64,000 bases of DNA from Eledone cirrhosa (lineage: Eukaryota), in NCBI GenBank assembly GCA_964016885.1, contig OZ024747.1, forward strand, positions 35,278,001 to 35,342,000. The letters run 5' to 3'. Shown piece by piece: positions 28,971 to 41,979 of this stretch (the first letter of the stretch is position 1; each line of letters begins with the position of its first letter). The notes under the pieces were generated by a model. It had not been told where the DNA came from. It saw only the letters and a program-made list of their open reading frames with translations, and did not search any database. The translations under genes were made by a program, and so were the position numbers.

Positions 28971-30510
28971 CCTTCCGAAACCCGGCCCGGCGTCACGCCA
29001 CTACACTTTCGGGCCACATATGGGACCTCAAGGATAACTACATTACCTATGATCTCACTTGGAGATTACTGTCCGGAGCCAACTCTTACACGGGAGGACG
29101 CCGTCCGTGCAATTTATGCTCGTAGGAAACTTTACAAATGCTGTTTTCGACTGACCAACACCTAAACAAGAAAGATGAACTGGTTACTGCATGTAAACAC
29201 AGATTGCGTAGGACTTACCTCGCCCTCAAACCCCATAATGACCCGGGGGTAGACTAGGGCTATAACACCCCACTTGCCGATTTTGTAATGGGTAACCCCT
29301 GCTTGCTAAGGGAGACATAAGATCTTCTTTTAGATATTTTTATTGCTTCCTCTTTATTTCCTTCTTCCCCCATCCCTCCCTAGTCCTTCCACTCCAGTTC
29401 TTTTTCTTTGTCGTCGTCTTTTTCTCGCCCACCCGAGGCAGCCCCTCGGTCCTTGGTAGCCGCAGTACCGCCACCCCCTTCCCCTATTCTATGATATAGC
29501 AGATGTGTTAGACCCCGGATACTTGCCCCCTTATCCGACCGCTGCCCCTTTTCCGTGCGTTCTATATTTCTTAGTGGCATCTTTGCTTTAATTTCTCGTT
29601 TATCAGTATTTATCTTTTTTTTGGGGGGGAGGGGGGATTCTGAATTAATTTTCCGTATCAAATTTTAATTTTACTTCGTATGAGCTTTTATGTAGCTTGC
29701 ACTAGAACTTTTGTATCGTGGCGGCACCCTTAGAGATAGTATTAGTATTCTTGTTCGGGACTCTGAATTATTATTTCGTATTAGTTTACTTTTTTACACT
29801 GGGTGGTTGCTGGCCTGGTGCCTGGGATAGAAACTTTTATTATTTCGTGGTAGTTTCTTTAGTGTTTTGGCCGCCCACTTGTTGACCCGTCACCGTAAGA
29901 TATACTCGGTTTATTACTTATACCTCTTAAAAGGGTCTCATTTTAATTCCGTCCCACATAGTATATTTCTTTAGCCTAGCAATAGTTAAAGACTTAGGTC
30001 TTAGTAACGAGAAATTGTTTTTTTTTTCTTTACATTTAATTGCTTTTTAACACTCAGTATTTTTCTATATATTTACCCCTCATTGTTCTACTTACTGTTT
30101 CGACTTCCTCTCCCTCCCCCTCCCTAGTATCTTCTTTGACCTCACGCCCAGCTGTAACCGGCACTGTCAACGCATGAATGGGTCTCCTCCCCCCCTCTTT
30201 CTCCTACTGGCAGGTTTAGCTACCCCTTCCCTCCACTAATTGCCATCATAGAATTATTATGTCTCAACTACAAACTTCTGACCAATCCTGTGACAATCAC
30301 TTTGACCATATATGGAATTACCCCTTGAGAAGCTCGGCTATTCAAATACCAGGATAAAAATGTTCATTTAGTCCAGAATTAGCCGTCGAAACGGCTTGAG
30401 CTCAGCCGTCGGGTCCTACTCGTTCCTATTACCTACTCTACTACCCTAAGTATTGAGTACTTTGGTGCGTTATGGTCCACCTGGTTCGTTACCACATTTC
30501 TTCCGTTATA
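28971..30510 (+). mobile_element. 3' end of a Penelope-like element: GIY-YIG endonuclease C-terminus (pseudogene), long 3' UTR and family A pLTR
   Basis: Manual translation from 28973: FRNPARRHATTLSGHIWDLKDN..W..LSGANSY..GRRPCNLCS*E..LNKKDELVTACKHR. This matches the CNLC..EK..LNK..EL...C.H tail of PLE endonucleases. It ends in an HHR-bearing repeat next to (TA)n. Confidence 0.85.
30321..30414 (+). ncRNA. Type I hammerhead ribozyme motif, U3-A8 variant (family A)
   Basis: ccc-TTGAGAA-g(ct)cggct...agccgtc-GAAA-cggcttgagctcagccg-TC-ggg. Stems I, II and III can form, with a GUC cleavage triplet. Confidence 0.7.
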
Positions 30511-30574
30511 TATATAACATATATATATATAATATATATATATGTAGTATTCATATATATAACATATATATATA

Positions 30575-30872
30575 ACTGAATAAAAATGGCTTAGACATAC
30601 AATACAACAGGAGGATAATATAACACCACTGACGATGTTGCAGATGTGCAACGAAAGATTTATGACAAACTATATATATGTGTTTGTGTCTATATTGTAT
30701 CTGTATTATTTTTGACAGTCGGTCAGTCAATGGCAACATTGAGGACCGAGTAAGTTAGATTGCCGATATAAAAGACAAAGAAGCCAGAAGCGAAAACCAA
30801 CCAAACAGTGAGTGTGTTCTGTTATTAATTCTGGCAATATTACACAAATATGACCCTCCCCAAGTATAACAA
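30575..30872 (+). mobile_element. PLE pLTR family C with HHR-like motif at 30626-30665
   Basis: CTGACGA-t-gttgca/tgcaac-GAAA-gatt-TA. It ends in TGACCCTCCCCAAGTATAACAA, like the copies at 37859, 49235, 55249, 58438 and 61203. Confidence 0.75.
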
Positions 30873-30941
30873 TATTTGTTTCGACACACGATTTCATATA
30901 AAAAACCTCGCAAAACTATATATATATATATATACATATAT

Positions 30942-30976
<35 letters not shown>

Positions 30977-30990
30977 TAGATATATATGTA

Positions 30991-31050
<60 letters not shown>

Positions 31051-31052
<2 letters not shown>

Positions 31053-31437
31053 AAGGCGGGTAAAATTCCCGAGATCCATGGACGAGTTCTCTCCAGCGGT
31101 CTCTGTCCCTCATTATCGCTGCCATATCCTCCATCTCCAACAGACCAGTGTCTGTTCTTAGGGCATCAACATATGTTAACCTTGGTCTTCCTCTTCTAGT
31201 GTGTCCATGTAGTGGAGTCTGTGCTGCTGTATGGGTCTGAGACTTGGACACTGACCAAGAGACTCACTCAGATGGTGGATGGGTGCTACACGAGAATGCT
31301 GAGGATGGCTCTGAACATTAATCAGTATACACTGAGGATGAAAAACTCAGAGCTGTATGGGAGCATCCCAAAAGTCAGCTCAAAAGTGACACAGAGAAGA
31401 CTGAGGTTGGCTGGACATGCTCACCGACATCCAGAGT

Positions 31438-31439
<2 letters not shown>
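31051..31439. mobile_element. RTE-type non-LTR retrotransposon 3' fragment with a 5' inversion
   Basis: Plus strand 31212-31439 gives VESVLLYGSETWTLTKR...RRLRLAGHAHRHPEL. Minus strand 31211-31051 gives the downstream C-terminus HGHTRRGRPRLTYVD...RDRDRWRELV*. Confidence 0.9.
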
Positions 31440-31507
<68 letters not shown>

Positions 31508-31510
31508 CAT

Positions 31511-31557
<47 letters not shown>

Positions 31558-32170
31558 CATATATATATATATAATAGATATAACATATATATATATATAT
31601 AATAGATATATATGTAGTATATATATATATAAATGACAAACGAACTTGAAAATAACACAAGAGAGACCCTTTGGATAGCGTAGACACCGGACCATACCCG
31701 CAAATATATACAGACCTGTCTTGAATATGCATGGCTGACGCAATATGGATAACACGACCAACATCTAAGTTGGAACCGACCCCTACAACAAACAAAGATG
31801 GGACAGCCCTTCGCATTTGACCAGTCGCGTGTGTGCTTGGAGTTCGTAGTATACCACCCCAGTCAAATCCACACTGGTTTTTTTACCAATATAGCATGTA
31901 AACCAATACATCCTATGCAGCGAGACCTTGGATTCAGAACCGGCAGCGTGCAATCCCCGAAACTAGAAGATCGAACGGACCACACCCAGCAGCCACTAGC
32001 TATTTGATCCACAGGTACATTTCCCAGAGAGTCCACGCAGCTGATAGTGAATCCCAGTTGATTCGTGAACTCTGAACTTTTAAACAAGACCAAATGTGCC
32101 TGGAGCTATGCAGATGACTACATACGCATAATGGATATCGCGCCCACAAGGTCACCTGTATTGTTTATCC

Positions 32171-32425
32171 TGCTGTATGTGTGTAAAATATCCGTGCGTG
32201 GGATATCCCTGGGTACATTTTCTTTACTATCAATTGTTAATTGATCGTTTGTTAATTACGCCGGAGTATACCATTATGTCTTTGTTAATCATATGTGATG
32301 CTGTATGTGTGTAAAGTATCCGAGAGTGGGATATCCCTGAGCTAATTTTGCTTGACTGTTAATTGTTTATTGATATTTTGCTAATTAGGCAGGAATATAT
32401 TATTATGTCTTTGTTAATCCTGTAT
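32171..32425 (+). repeat. ~128-bp tandem duplication (2 diverged copies)
   Basis: tgctgtatgtgtgtaaa.tatccg...tgggatatccctg...ttatgtctttgttaatc occurs at 32171 and 32299. Confidence 0.8.
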
Positions 32426-33522
32426 CAATAATTTTATAGTAATTTTTTAATCCTGTATCAATAGTTTTATGATAATTTTGTAATAATTTTATAATAATTT
32501 TATAATTTTGTGATAATTTTATAACAATTTTTTGATAGTACATTATTAGATTACTGAAGCTACCGTATACCTTCTTAAAAATACATTTTATAATTATTGT
32601 TTTTTAAAAATACATTTGATAATTATTGTCTTTTTGCTTATGTATTTTCTTACTTATAATTTTCTTTAATCTTGCCCAACTTGATAAGCTCTTTGAATTG
32701 CTACCTAATTAAATTACTTAAATTACTTAAATTATTTTATCTATTATACCTAAGTTGTATCTGTTGAAGCAGCCCTTTGAAAATTCCTCGGATATCCCAA
32801 AGACCGTAATTTTTAACTTTTAATTTATAATTTTCCTCAATTCGTTTATATATATCCTTAAAGGCTCTATAATATTTTAATTCTTCGAAGGGTCTCTCGG
32901 ACGAGGTTCATATTAAAAATATTAAAGCGGCCTTTTCTGGGGGGTTTATTGAAGGCTTTTTGAATTAACCTTTAATTAATTAATTTCTTTCAACTTAGTA
33001 GAGATTATCAAAACTTCGTAAATGTTCTGAATTTTTTTAACGAGATCTCTGGGTAAGAAAGTTTTTTTTTCTTTCGAAAGAAATTTTTTTCTCTCGAGGG
33101 AACTTCTTGGGAAACTTTATATTTTTTTAGGGAAACTTTATATCTTTATTTTTTTATTTTATTTTATTAGTCTCTTAATTTCTTCTAGTTTGTTAAGTTT
33201 ATTGGGGCTTGTAAGCTTTATGCACTTATTGAGGTATTTTTTAAGGTGCTTCTACGAGATCCCAAGTCTTTTACTTTTAATGCGTAAATTATAAATTATC
33301 TAATTTTTAACCTTCAATCCCTGACTCTTAGGCCATTTTCAAATTCTCTTAACTCCCCATAACCCATCCCTTTTACAATTCCGACAACTAATATAAAAGA
33401 GCCCCCTTAGAATATAGACCCCAAATATACAAGCGGAGCTGCTGATGTATACCACACTTTCAAACTGCTAGTCTTAAGTGATACGTTGATGTAAATAATG
33501 AACTTACAATCACATGTTATAT

Positions 33523-33567
33523 GCCTTGAAAAGTCCCACAATATGGTCGGACGAAACGGCTGGCGGC
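33523..33567 (+). ncRNA. Minimal HHR motif, U3-A8 variant (family K), in the probable pLTR of an element ending at ~33723
   Basis: gcc-TTGAAAA-gtcc/ggac-GAAA-cggctg-GC-ggc. U16.1 is mutated. AATAAA follows immediately. Confidence 0.6.
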
Positions 33568-33750
33568 AATAAACTTGTTATAATGTCATAATAGTTCCTT
33601 TGTTCTTTTTCATTAATATTTCTGCTCTGCTTATACGCATAGAGCTTAAGTAGCTACCGTCGCATATTTGGTAGGTCAGACGTGATCATCGCGATTCACA
33701 TACGACCTACCATGCATCTTGCTTATATATATATATATATATAAATATAG

Positions 33751-33831
<81 letters not shown>

Positions 33832-33839
33832 TATATATT

Positions 33840-33871
<32 letters not shown>

Positions 33872-33984
33872 GTATATATATTTATATATATATATATTAA
33901 TATATATATATAAATATATCTATAGTATATATATATTAATATATATATAGTATATATATTAATATATATATATATATATATATA

Positions 33985-35035
33985 TATACATGTTATACAT
34001 TAATATATATGATAAACACAAAACGTGTTTTCATTGTAACAGACAAAGTTACTGGATTCCTGTTGATAAGCACAGAAGATTTGGATATTTCACTTTTTAT
34101 TTCAATTCCATTTCGATTCTCTTTATTTTTCAATTCATGTACCATCGTTGCGAAACATATTTAGGTTTCGAAGTTCAAATTCATCTACGGAGCGGGTTTG
34201 TATTTTGAAATTTAGATTTGTCCAGGAATCACGGCTTTTGCCAATATAAGCTTGTCTTTATTGACTTATATCGAGACAGACAAATTGTATACACTTTAAT
34301 TAGTTTATTTCATTGATAGCTAACTTTGTCTGTTACAATGCAAACACTATTTGTGTTTATCATATATATTAATGTATAACATGTATTTAACTGCTCGGAA
34401 ATGCCTCTTTCTTGGAGCTGATTAATTGTAAACGACTGAGAGTTTAATCTCAAAATATAATATAGTATATTGCTCCTTAACTGTAGAGCTGATCTTTAAT
34501 CCCGTATAAACGGCTGTTATTTCTAGCACCGGGAATGTGGGACGGCTAGTTTGGCTGGCTACACACACGTGTAGTCAGACCTGCAACATTTTTGATGGTG
34601 GAATGTACTAATTTTACTGGATTCCTGTTGATAAGCACAGAAGATTTGTAAATTTCACTTTTTTATTTCAATTCCATTTCGATTCTCTTTATTTTTCAAT
34701 TCATGTACCATCGTTGCGAAACATATTTAGGTTTCGAAGTTCAAATTCATCTACGGAGCGGGTGTGGATTTTGAAATTTAGATTTGTCCCGGAATCATGG
34801 CTTTTGCCAATATAAGCTTGTCTTTATTGACTTATATCGAGACAGACAAATTGTATTCACTTTAATTAGTTTATTTCATTGATAGCTAACTTTGTCTGTT
34901 ACTATGCAAACACGTTTTGTGTTTATCATATATATTAATGTATAACATGTATTTAACTGCTCGGAAATGCCTCTTTCTTGGAGCTGATTAATTGTAAACG
35001 ACTGAGAGTTTAATCTCAAAATATAATATAGTATA
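33985..35035 (+). mobile_element. Probable PLE pLTR insertion: short inverted copy plus two tandem ~420-bp direct repeats
   Basis: 33985-34051 is the reverse complement of 34321-34385. 34050-34468 is nearly identical to 34615-35035. (TA)n lies on both sides. No clear HHR was found. Confidence 0.6.
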
Positions 35036-35066
35036 AATATATATATATATATATATAGTATATGTA

Positions 35067-35162
<96 letters not shown>

Positions 35163-35706
35163 GAGAGACGTAAGATGAGAAAATTATAAAATTATAAAAA
35201 AATCATAAAATTGACTTACTAAAATATCACTTCCAACTAATTAGTTTCTGGAATGGAGTAAATATATTTTCCGAAGAATATAAAGAAAAACATTCCGTCG
35301 TCTGGAAAGTCTATTTTCATGTAAGTTTCCAGGCATAGCGAGGACTCTGGAAACTTATTAAAAAATAATTCAGTGGAAAGGAGATAGCGAAGCGTGGACT
35401 GAAATCCTAGCCATTGAGAAAATCACTGCCTCTACGTATGTGGCAAGTTCAAAAAGAATCAATCACGTGACATCGAGGTCAATCAGTGGAAAGCGAGTTG
35501 TTAATAAGACAGCGGCCTGCCTACTACTATAGCAGCAGTCGTGGCCAATATTGCTCGACAAATGAATTGGAGATAATTATGAAGAATTTATATCTAGTAA
35601 CATTTATATACATACAGATACATATCAATGCTAGCAAATATATAAGTTTTGTCTTAGTAACATTGTGGTTCAATGCATGGGGTTGCAGAATAATAATATG
35701 AGAGAC

Positions 35707-35804
<98 letters not shown>

Positions 35805-37032
35805 CATGCGAGATAAAGGGAGAGGGAGGTGGGCGTGTAAGCGTCCCTACACATATCAATATGGTTGTTCATTGGATTTATGCACATAGTGCATAATATA
35901 TGCTAGTCTACCCTCTCTTAGTAGCTCTCTCTCTTTCTGTATGTATCTGTAAACTTGAACAGATCCACGTTTATTTTCTTCTCTACTATCTTTAATATAG
36001 ATACGCCTCAGATAATTAATTTCACTGATAGAGGATTATCAATTCATATTAAAGTATTTTCAACAGGTAATTATATTTAACAAGCTGAATGGCAATGCCA
36101 TAGGGCAATAAGGAGCCATGTTATAACTATTACTGGCAGATATATAAGGCTCTAGACGTGAGTTAGTTAAATAATATCATAAGGAACAAGTATTTAATGA
36201 CGTAGTAAAGCTAGGCAATTACCAGCAGTCTCAACCGATTCGTTTTCTGATATTGTGTCACTGCAATAAGCCTTTATGTTACCAATGATCGTGATAACTT
36301 AGTGTAAGTCCAGATCAATATCGAACACCAAAATCTATGTGCGAACACGTACAAACCACACCATATGTTGTCCTGTATATGTTGTTTTACATTGGACAAC
36401 ATGCCCTCCATTTCTTGGGGATTTCGGTGGGTGATGTTAAAAGCTATCACAACAATTTTTAGCAGAACTATTGATGCGTTGTACATTCACCCTTATCTTG
36501 AGAAACTAGCTCATTGAAATTAAAATCGTTGCAACTTCAATAACATGTTACTGAGAATCAATAACACAATTTAACATGAATGGATCTCTATGAATGATGA
36601 TCCATCAGATAATTTATTGACACTCTCAATTCTCACGTACTATATATAGGATTGCGGCTTTCCTCTGATTAGTTGCAAAAACACTACACACTCGAAAAGA
36701 TTGAGATCTCATAATATATGATCCGGTACGAAGTAAATTAGAAAATAATCATCCTGCTTCATGAAATAAAATATTTCAGCCTGTATGAACATCTGTTCTC
36801 CTGTCGTAACTAGCGATGCAGGATGAAAGGCTGAAGCGGCCGGTCTGTTTCCTATATCAATCATTTAACTAAAGTATATCGTAATTGTAAGATATTGATC
36901 TCCTGCATTGTTTTCATTGATTAATATTCATATAAATATTATATAAATATACAGACACACACAAACTATCTCACACACACCCATACAAACACACGCACGC
37001 ATATACACACACACACATATATATATATATAT

Positions 37033-37745
37033 AACATGTATTCTGAGTTTTTCGAATATTAATAATAACATTCGATTCGTTTGCAATTATGCAAACAAGC
37101 CTCTTTTATAAGCCATGTCAGTAGACTGAACCCTTCATTCTTGCTCTTGATTGGCATGTAAACAGAACTGCAAACACTAATGTTTCTGGGTATCACACTT
37201 CATCAGTACAGCTCACTGTTCACCTGGCAACTGTCAGAGTTAGAAAATAGCATATATTTTCACTAAAATATATAGATCGAAAGTGCAGATCTGACTGATC
37301 AGCCAGTCTGCTAATATGCAAATCAGGCCGATCAGTCACTGTGTATTTTAGAAAATAGCATAGATGTTCACTAGCTCTGAGAGTTGGCAGGTGGACAGTG
37401 AGGTGTACTGATGAATGGTGATACCCAGAAACATTAGTGCCTGCAGTTTTGTTTACATGCCCACACAAGAGCAAGAACGAAGTGTTCATTCTACTGACAT
37501 GGCTTTAAATATGAGGCTTCTTTTCGTAATTGCAAACGAATCGAATGTTATTAGCGTCGGACACCATGCTTTACAGCATAGTTACGTCCATTTACGATGT
37601 GAGCTCAAATCCCACCAAGGTTAACTTTGCCTTTCATCCTGACGGGGTCGATAAAATAAAGTACCAGTAATACACTGGAATAATTGTTTGCCTTGTGCCA
37701 AAAGTAGAAACAATTATTAATATTCGAAAGACTCAGATTACATTT
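37033..37745. mobile_element. PLE pLTR family E head-to-head pair with HHRs (37169-37210 minus; 37404-37445 plus), right arm interrupted by a SINE
   Basis: 37033-37243 is the reverse complement of 37373-37553 plus 37716-37745. Motif tgta-CTGATGA...GAAA-cattagtg-TT-tgca on the minus arm. Confidence 0.8.
37553..37717 (+). mobile_element. tRNA-derived SINE, 5'-truncated, short-3' subfamily
   Basis: Same core as the 26388 copy. Confidence 0.85.
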
Positions 37746-37780
37746 ATTGTATTCAGCCATGTACAGCGAAAATTTATATA

Positions 37781-37858
<78 letters not shown>

Positions 37859-37859
<1 letters not shown>

Positions 37860-38760
37860 TTGTTATACTTTTGGAGGGTCATGTTGACAATAAGAAACAC
37901 ACGCACTAGTTGCTTTCACTCCGATTTATTATAATTTAAATTTATAAATTTAAGAATTTATAAACTTCCGGTTGGTTGGTTCCGCAACCGGACCTTTATT
38001 CATATATTGTCAAAGTTATTTCGTCACACATTATGTGACCTCTTCAGTGACTGGGTATTATTTTCTTTGTTTTGTGCCTCTCCTTTGTTCTGTCCTACGC
38101 AATCTTGTTTTTGTGTGTGGTGTGTGCTTAGTTAGCGCATGTGTTACATCCGGGTGTCTGTATGTGTTTGATTTGTTTATTTATTTGTTTATTGACATGT
38201 TACTGGTTGGTTGTTTGTTCTATGTGTGTTTGTGTTTTCATTTTGTCCTTAATTCTAAGTTGTAATGTTTCTATTCCATTCATGTTTTCTATTTAATTTT
38301 GGTTGGAGTTTATTTAGGTTTATTGCCTCTCTGATTTGTCTAAACATTGTGTCTTTTCTGTGTGTGCATTCTATTTTCATTTCTATGTCCTCTAATTTGC
38401 CCTTATGTTCTATTTTAGCATGTTGGTGGAGTATTGATGATTCTTTTTTATCTTGAAGCTCTCGCCAGTGTTCATTTAACCGTTCTCCTATACTACGAGC
38501 TGTCTCACCTATGTACACTATATTCTTATCTTTACATTCTCCTTCAGCACATCTTATTATATATACTACATTTCTAGTGTTACAGTTAATATGGGGGGAG
38601 GGGCTTAGTTTACAGATTATGCATTTATTATCTATACAGGGAGGTCTTTGAAAAGGGTATGTATTGCTTATAAGTGTTTTTGTGGAGGTACCTGGTCTTT
38701 CTTAATATTAAGTTTGTTTATCTAGGGCCCTTCTAAATTTGTAAGCTAATTCACCTCTAC
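37859..38760 (-). mobile_element. Penelope-like element 3' end: Cys-rich linker, GIY-YIG endonuclease and family C pLTR with HHR (38009-38051)
   Basis: Translation CIDNKCIICK...CNTRNVVYIIRC..C....VYIGETARSIGERLNEH...RQIREAINL..QPKLNRKHEW. HHR gtca-CTGAAGA-g-gtcacat/gtgtgac-GAAA. Confidence 0.92.
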
Positions 38761-38769
38761 GGATTGTCA

Positions 38770-38960
38770 TGTGTTGTCATATAAACAGAACTACAGACAC
38801 TAATGTTTCTGGGTGATTACCCACCATCATTGCAGTGTACTGTTCACCTGTCATCTGTTAGAGCTATTGAACATCTATGATATTTTCTAAAATATACAGT
38901 GACTAATCGGCCTGATTCGCATATTAGCAGACTGGCTTATCAGCCAGATTTGCATATCAG
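38770..38960 (-). mobile_element. Third family E pLTR fragment
   Basis: Homologous to 37155-37240 and 37280-37440. It has GAAA-cattagtg-TC on the minus strand. Confidence 0.7.
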
Positions 38961-39055
38961 AATATAGACCAGTCAGTTTCTTGTATACGAGCGATTAATG
39001 ACCGGCTTGAATCGTAGGTAACCACAGTAAGTAAGGTACTCAATACAGAGCAGAG

Positions 39056-39197
39056 TATACAAGTTTTAATATAGAAGAGCTTCTACGGGACTAGAGCTGT
39101 TTCATCCACGAGAAATCATCAATGAGCTCCCTGATGATTTCTCATGAATGAAAGAGTTCTAGTCCTGTAGAAGCTCTTCTATATTAAAACTTATATT
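39056..39197. mobile_element. Short pLTR hairpin (family I) with minimal HHR cores on both strands
   Basis: About 65-bp inverted arms. CTGATGA-tttctcatgaat-GAAA-gagttc-TA at 39131-39161. Confidence 0.65.
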
Positions 39198-39203
39198 TAT
39201 ATA

Positions 39204-40912
39204 CTAGCAGATTTACTCGGCGTTGTTCGTGGTTTGAAATTATGCTAAGAATATACAGCTAGGAAGTAAAGGAAGAACATTATTTGTCCCAACCTGTCAA
39301 AATGAGCAGAAGTCTTCAATAATTAATGCAAACGAATATTTAGTGCAATCTTTGTACACATAAAACTATGTTGATAATGAAGGAAAACACTGAACATGAT
39401 GTAGTTATACAAATGATTACAGACAATACACGTTGCAAATCTGTAAAAAAAAAACAGGCAGTTTTGAAAAAGTACAAAAAGTTGTAATGAAAGCAGAGTT
39501 GTATACGAACAAAAAAAATCAATAAGAGTAGAATAAGAGAAAATCTATTTTTTGAGAGCATCCTTTGCTGTGTATGGTTAAATGTTGAACTTATAATCCA
39601 AAATATCCTGCATGACATATTCATTGGTATGTTTTGTAATGAGTAAGGTGAAGTCAAGGCAGAGCTGTAATGAGGTTTTTTTGTTAACACTAAAGCACTT
39701 CAGGATAGATGATATTCTTTGTTTTTCTCTTCGGAACAAACGCAACTCGTGGCCAGGCAACGTAGAATTGTCCGTGCGAAAATCATGGTTGTTCCAACTA
39801 AATTCCAGTGACGGACAAAGTTTGAACTTGCGACTTGTTTATTGACATCGCAAAGGCAACACGAAGGGGAAATTGGGGTCGGTGAAAGGAGAAGGTAGTA
39901 TCCACGCCTGATGTAGCCAGGCTAATTTTTGTTATTATCACATCCTCGCCTTTTCCACATCCGGATAGAATGGTAGCGTCAATACTAAGTGGAGACAGTT
40001 TCTTGACCATTGCATAGTTTTGGGGGAGTGATATTTCTCAGCAAAATAACTAGCGTTACCTCTTTCCGAACCAATGTATTAGGAGGTAAAGCAGGATGAT
40101 TTAAAGAATTTAGAAATTCAACTGGATAGTTCACCGCATCCTGTGGATCACATACCGTATCAATATATTTATATATCCGTGGACATCCAGGAAGAATCCT
40201 GTTCAGTATGTTCCTTCATTGTAAAAAAGTTTGTTGTGTACGAATACAGATGGAAGCATAGATAATGCCTGCCTCAAATGTGGACGAAATTACTTTAAAA
40301 ATGTAAAAGCTGTAGGTCCCAATGGTTTGAACGGAAAGTCCCATAAGGATCGTTCTAAAAATAAACAAACCATCATCAAAGTCTCGTCAATTCGAGACTG
40401 CTGCGAGATTAGGCCCTTATCGTGAAAATTAACACTTAATATAGTGAAACAAGTTTAAACAACAAGTGTTTTTTTTCAACTTTGAAAGTGCAACAAAGAA
40501 TAAATAAGAAACAAACGATAATATTAGTGATTTATCTTCAAATGAATTTGATGTTTATATTTCTGAAATTTCCTCCGACGATGATTGTTGTTTTAAAATT
40601 GAAAACGAAGGTCTCCATATCTCACTCTCTTTATAAGGGTTGTCAATAAAGTTGGTTATCTCCCTTTTTTATAAGGATTGTCAATAAAGTTGGTTATCTC
40701 CCTTACATCAATTTTGCTACCGATAATTTTGATATCGATTTTTTATTGCTCAACGTGGGGATTGGAAAAATGTTTGTGATGTGACCATATTAGCTAGCTG
40801 TACAACGTGCACAGAAAATTTGGTCAAATTCCGTTGATAATTGTAAAAACCTTAGGTATCCAAATTTGTATACAGACACACACACATGCTCGCTTTTGTA
40901 TATAAAAAAAGA
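39204..40912 (-). mobile_element. Internally deleted Helitron with both termini and a PIF1-like helicase remnant (~39745-40200)
   Basis: On the minus strand: A|TC 5' end at 40912, and a degenerate GC hairpin followed by CTAG|T at 39204. Translation DAVNYPVEFLNSL...GEDVII...QFPLRVAFAMSINKSQ.QTL...FSHGQFYVA. Confidence 0.85.
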
Positions 40913-41687
40913 TATATATATATATATATCTTAAAGTACGGAACGCGATAATTAGAACAAACATATTCTTTTAACAATGGAGATATAGTGAGATAGGTAC
41001 GAATAGTCAGTGAAATAACTATATGTAAACCAATGTGAAAAGACACACTTATACACACACACAAACTCACACACACCCACACACATATATATACATGTGT
41101 ATGCCTGTATATATATATATAAGTACACAGGCACCCTTACATGTATCGACAACCGTATATACACTAATACACACGCACTCACATGCATAACTTGATTTTA
41201 AATACATTTATAGTCGAGTCAGAGACAAAGACTATAGAGGTAAAACATATATGTAAAAATGAAGGTAAAGACATATATAAGCACACGCATAGAGAGTTGC
41301 ATATTGTGACATGCAATACGCTCATAGTCCAGTGGAAAAACCAGGCAACATTGTCCTCGTTGAGTGCATATAAAAACACAATTGACCGTTCGTAATAGGA
41401 GGAAGTGATGTGGGATCCCTCGTTTCCAGAACGTCATGCGAAATATAGGAAAGATAAAGGGTTCTACGTTGTTTTTGGTCCATTTGTTCATCCAGCCCAA
41501 ACTCCTTTCATAATGTTCAGTCCGATCAGTGGTAGGGGTGTCCAATCCGTTTAACTAATCCCACAACAAATGGAAAGCTTAGGATAGCTTAGGGTGCATC
41601 CGGTGCCAGAATTTCTTCATATTAATTTGTTACATCACAGAGCTCAACCTTTGGGAGCAATTTGAGTGCATGTGTATTAGTGTATAT

Positions 41688-41774
41688 AATTGTTTCTACT
41701 TTTGGCACAAGGCCAGCAATTACCCATTACATTACTGGTACTTTATTTTATCGACCCCGTAAGGATGAAAGCAA
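41688..41774 (-). mobile_element. SINE 3' fragment
   Basis: Reverse complement of TTTCATCCTTACGGGGTCGATAAAATAAAGTACCAGT...CTTGTGCCAAAAGTAGAAACAATT. Confidence 0.8.
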
Positions 41775-41786
41775 TGTGTCTGTGAA

Positions 41787-41822
<36 letters not shown>

Positions 41823-41979
41823 GTGTGTGTGTGTTTGTGCGCGTGTGTGTGTATGTGTTGTGTGTATGTGTGTGTGTGTGTGTGCGTGTGTGTGTGTGTG
41901 TGCGTGCGCGCTTGCGTCTCTATATATGTATGTATATAACTGTGTGTTTTTACCTTGGCTTTATATATTGTTCTTCCAC

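Noticed and set aside
29120-29126. In-frame stop in the PLE endonuclease as recoding (selenocysteine)
   Set aside because: The stop is TAG, not TGA, it is not at a Cys position, and the element is truncated.
31633-32160. GC-richer segment as coding sequence
   Set aside because: The frames I translated are interrupted and show no motif. Probably the decayed body of the element ending at 33723.
36274-36486. 70-aa minus-strand ORF with a possible GT donor, as a host exon
   Set aside because: No recognisable motif, no good acceptor and no partner exons.
41398-41555. Protein-like frame EEVMWDPSFPERHAKY... or a Tc1-like DLNI..VW on the minus strand
   Set aside because: Too short and degenerate to assign without a search.
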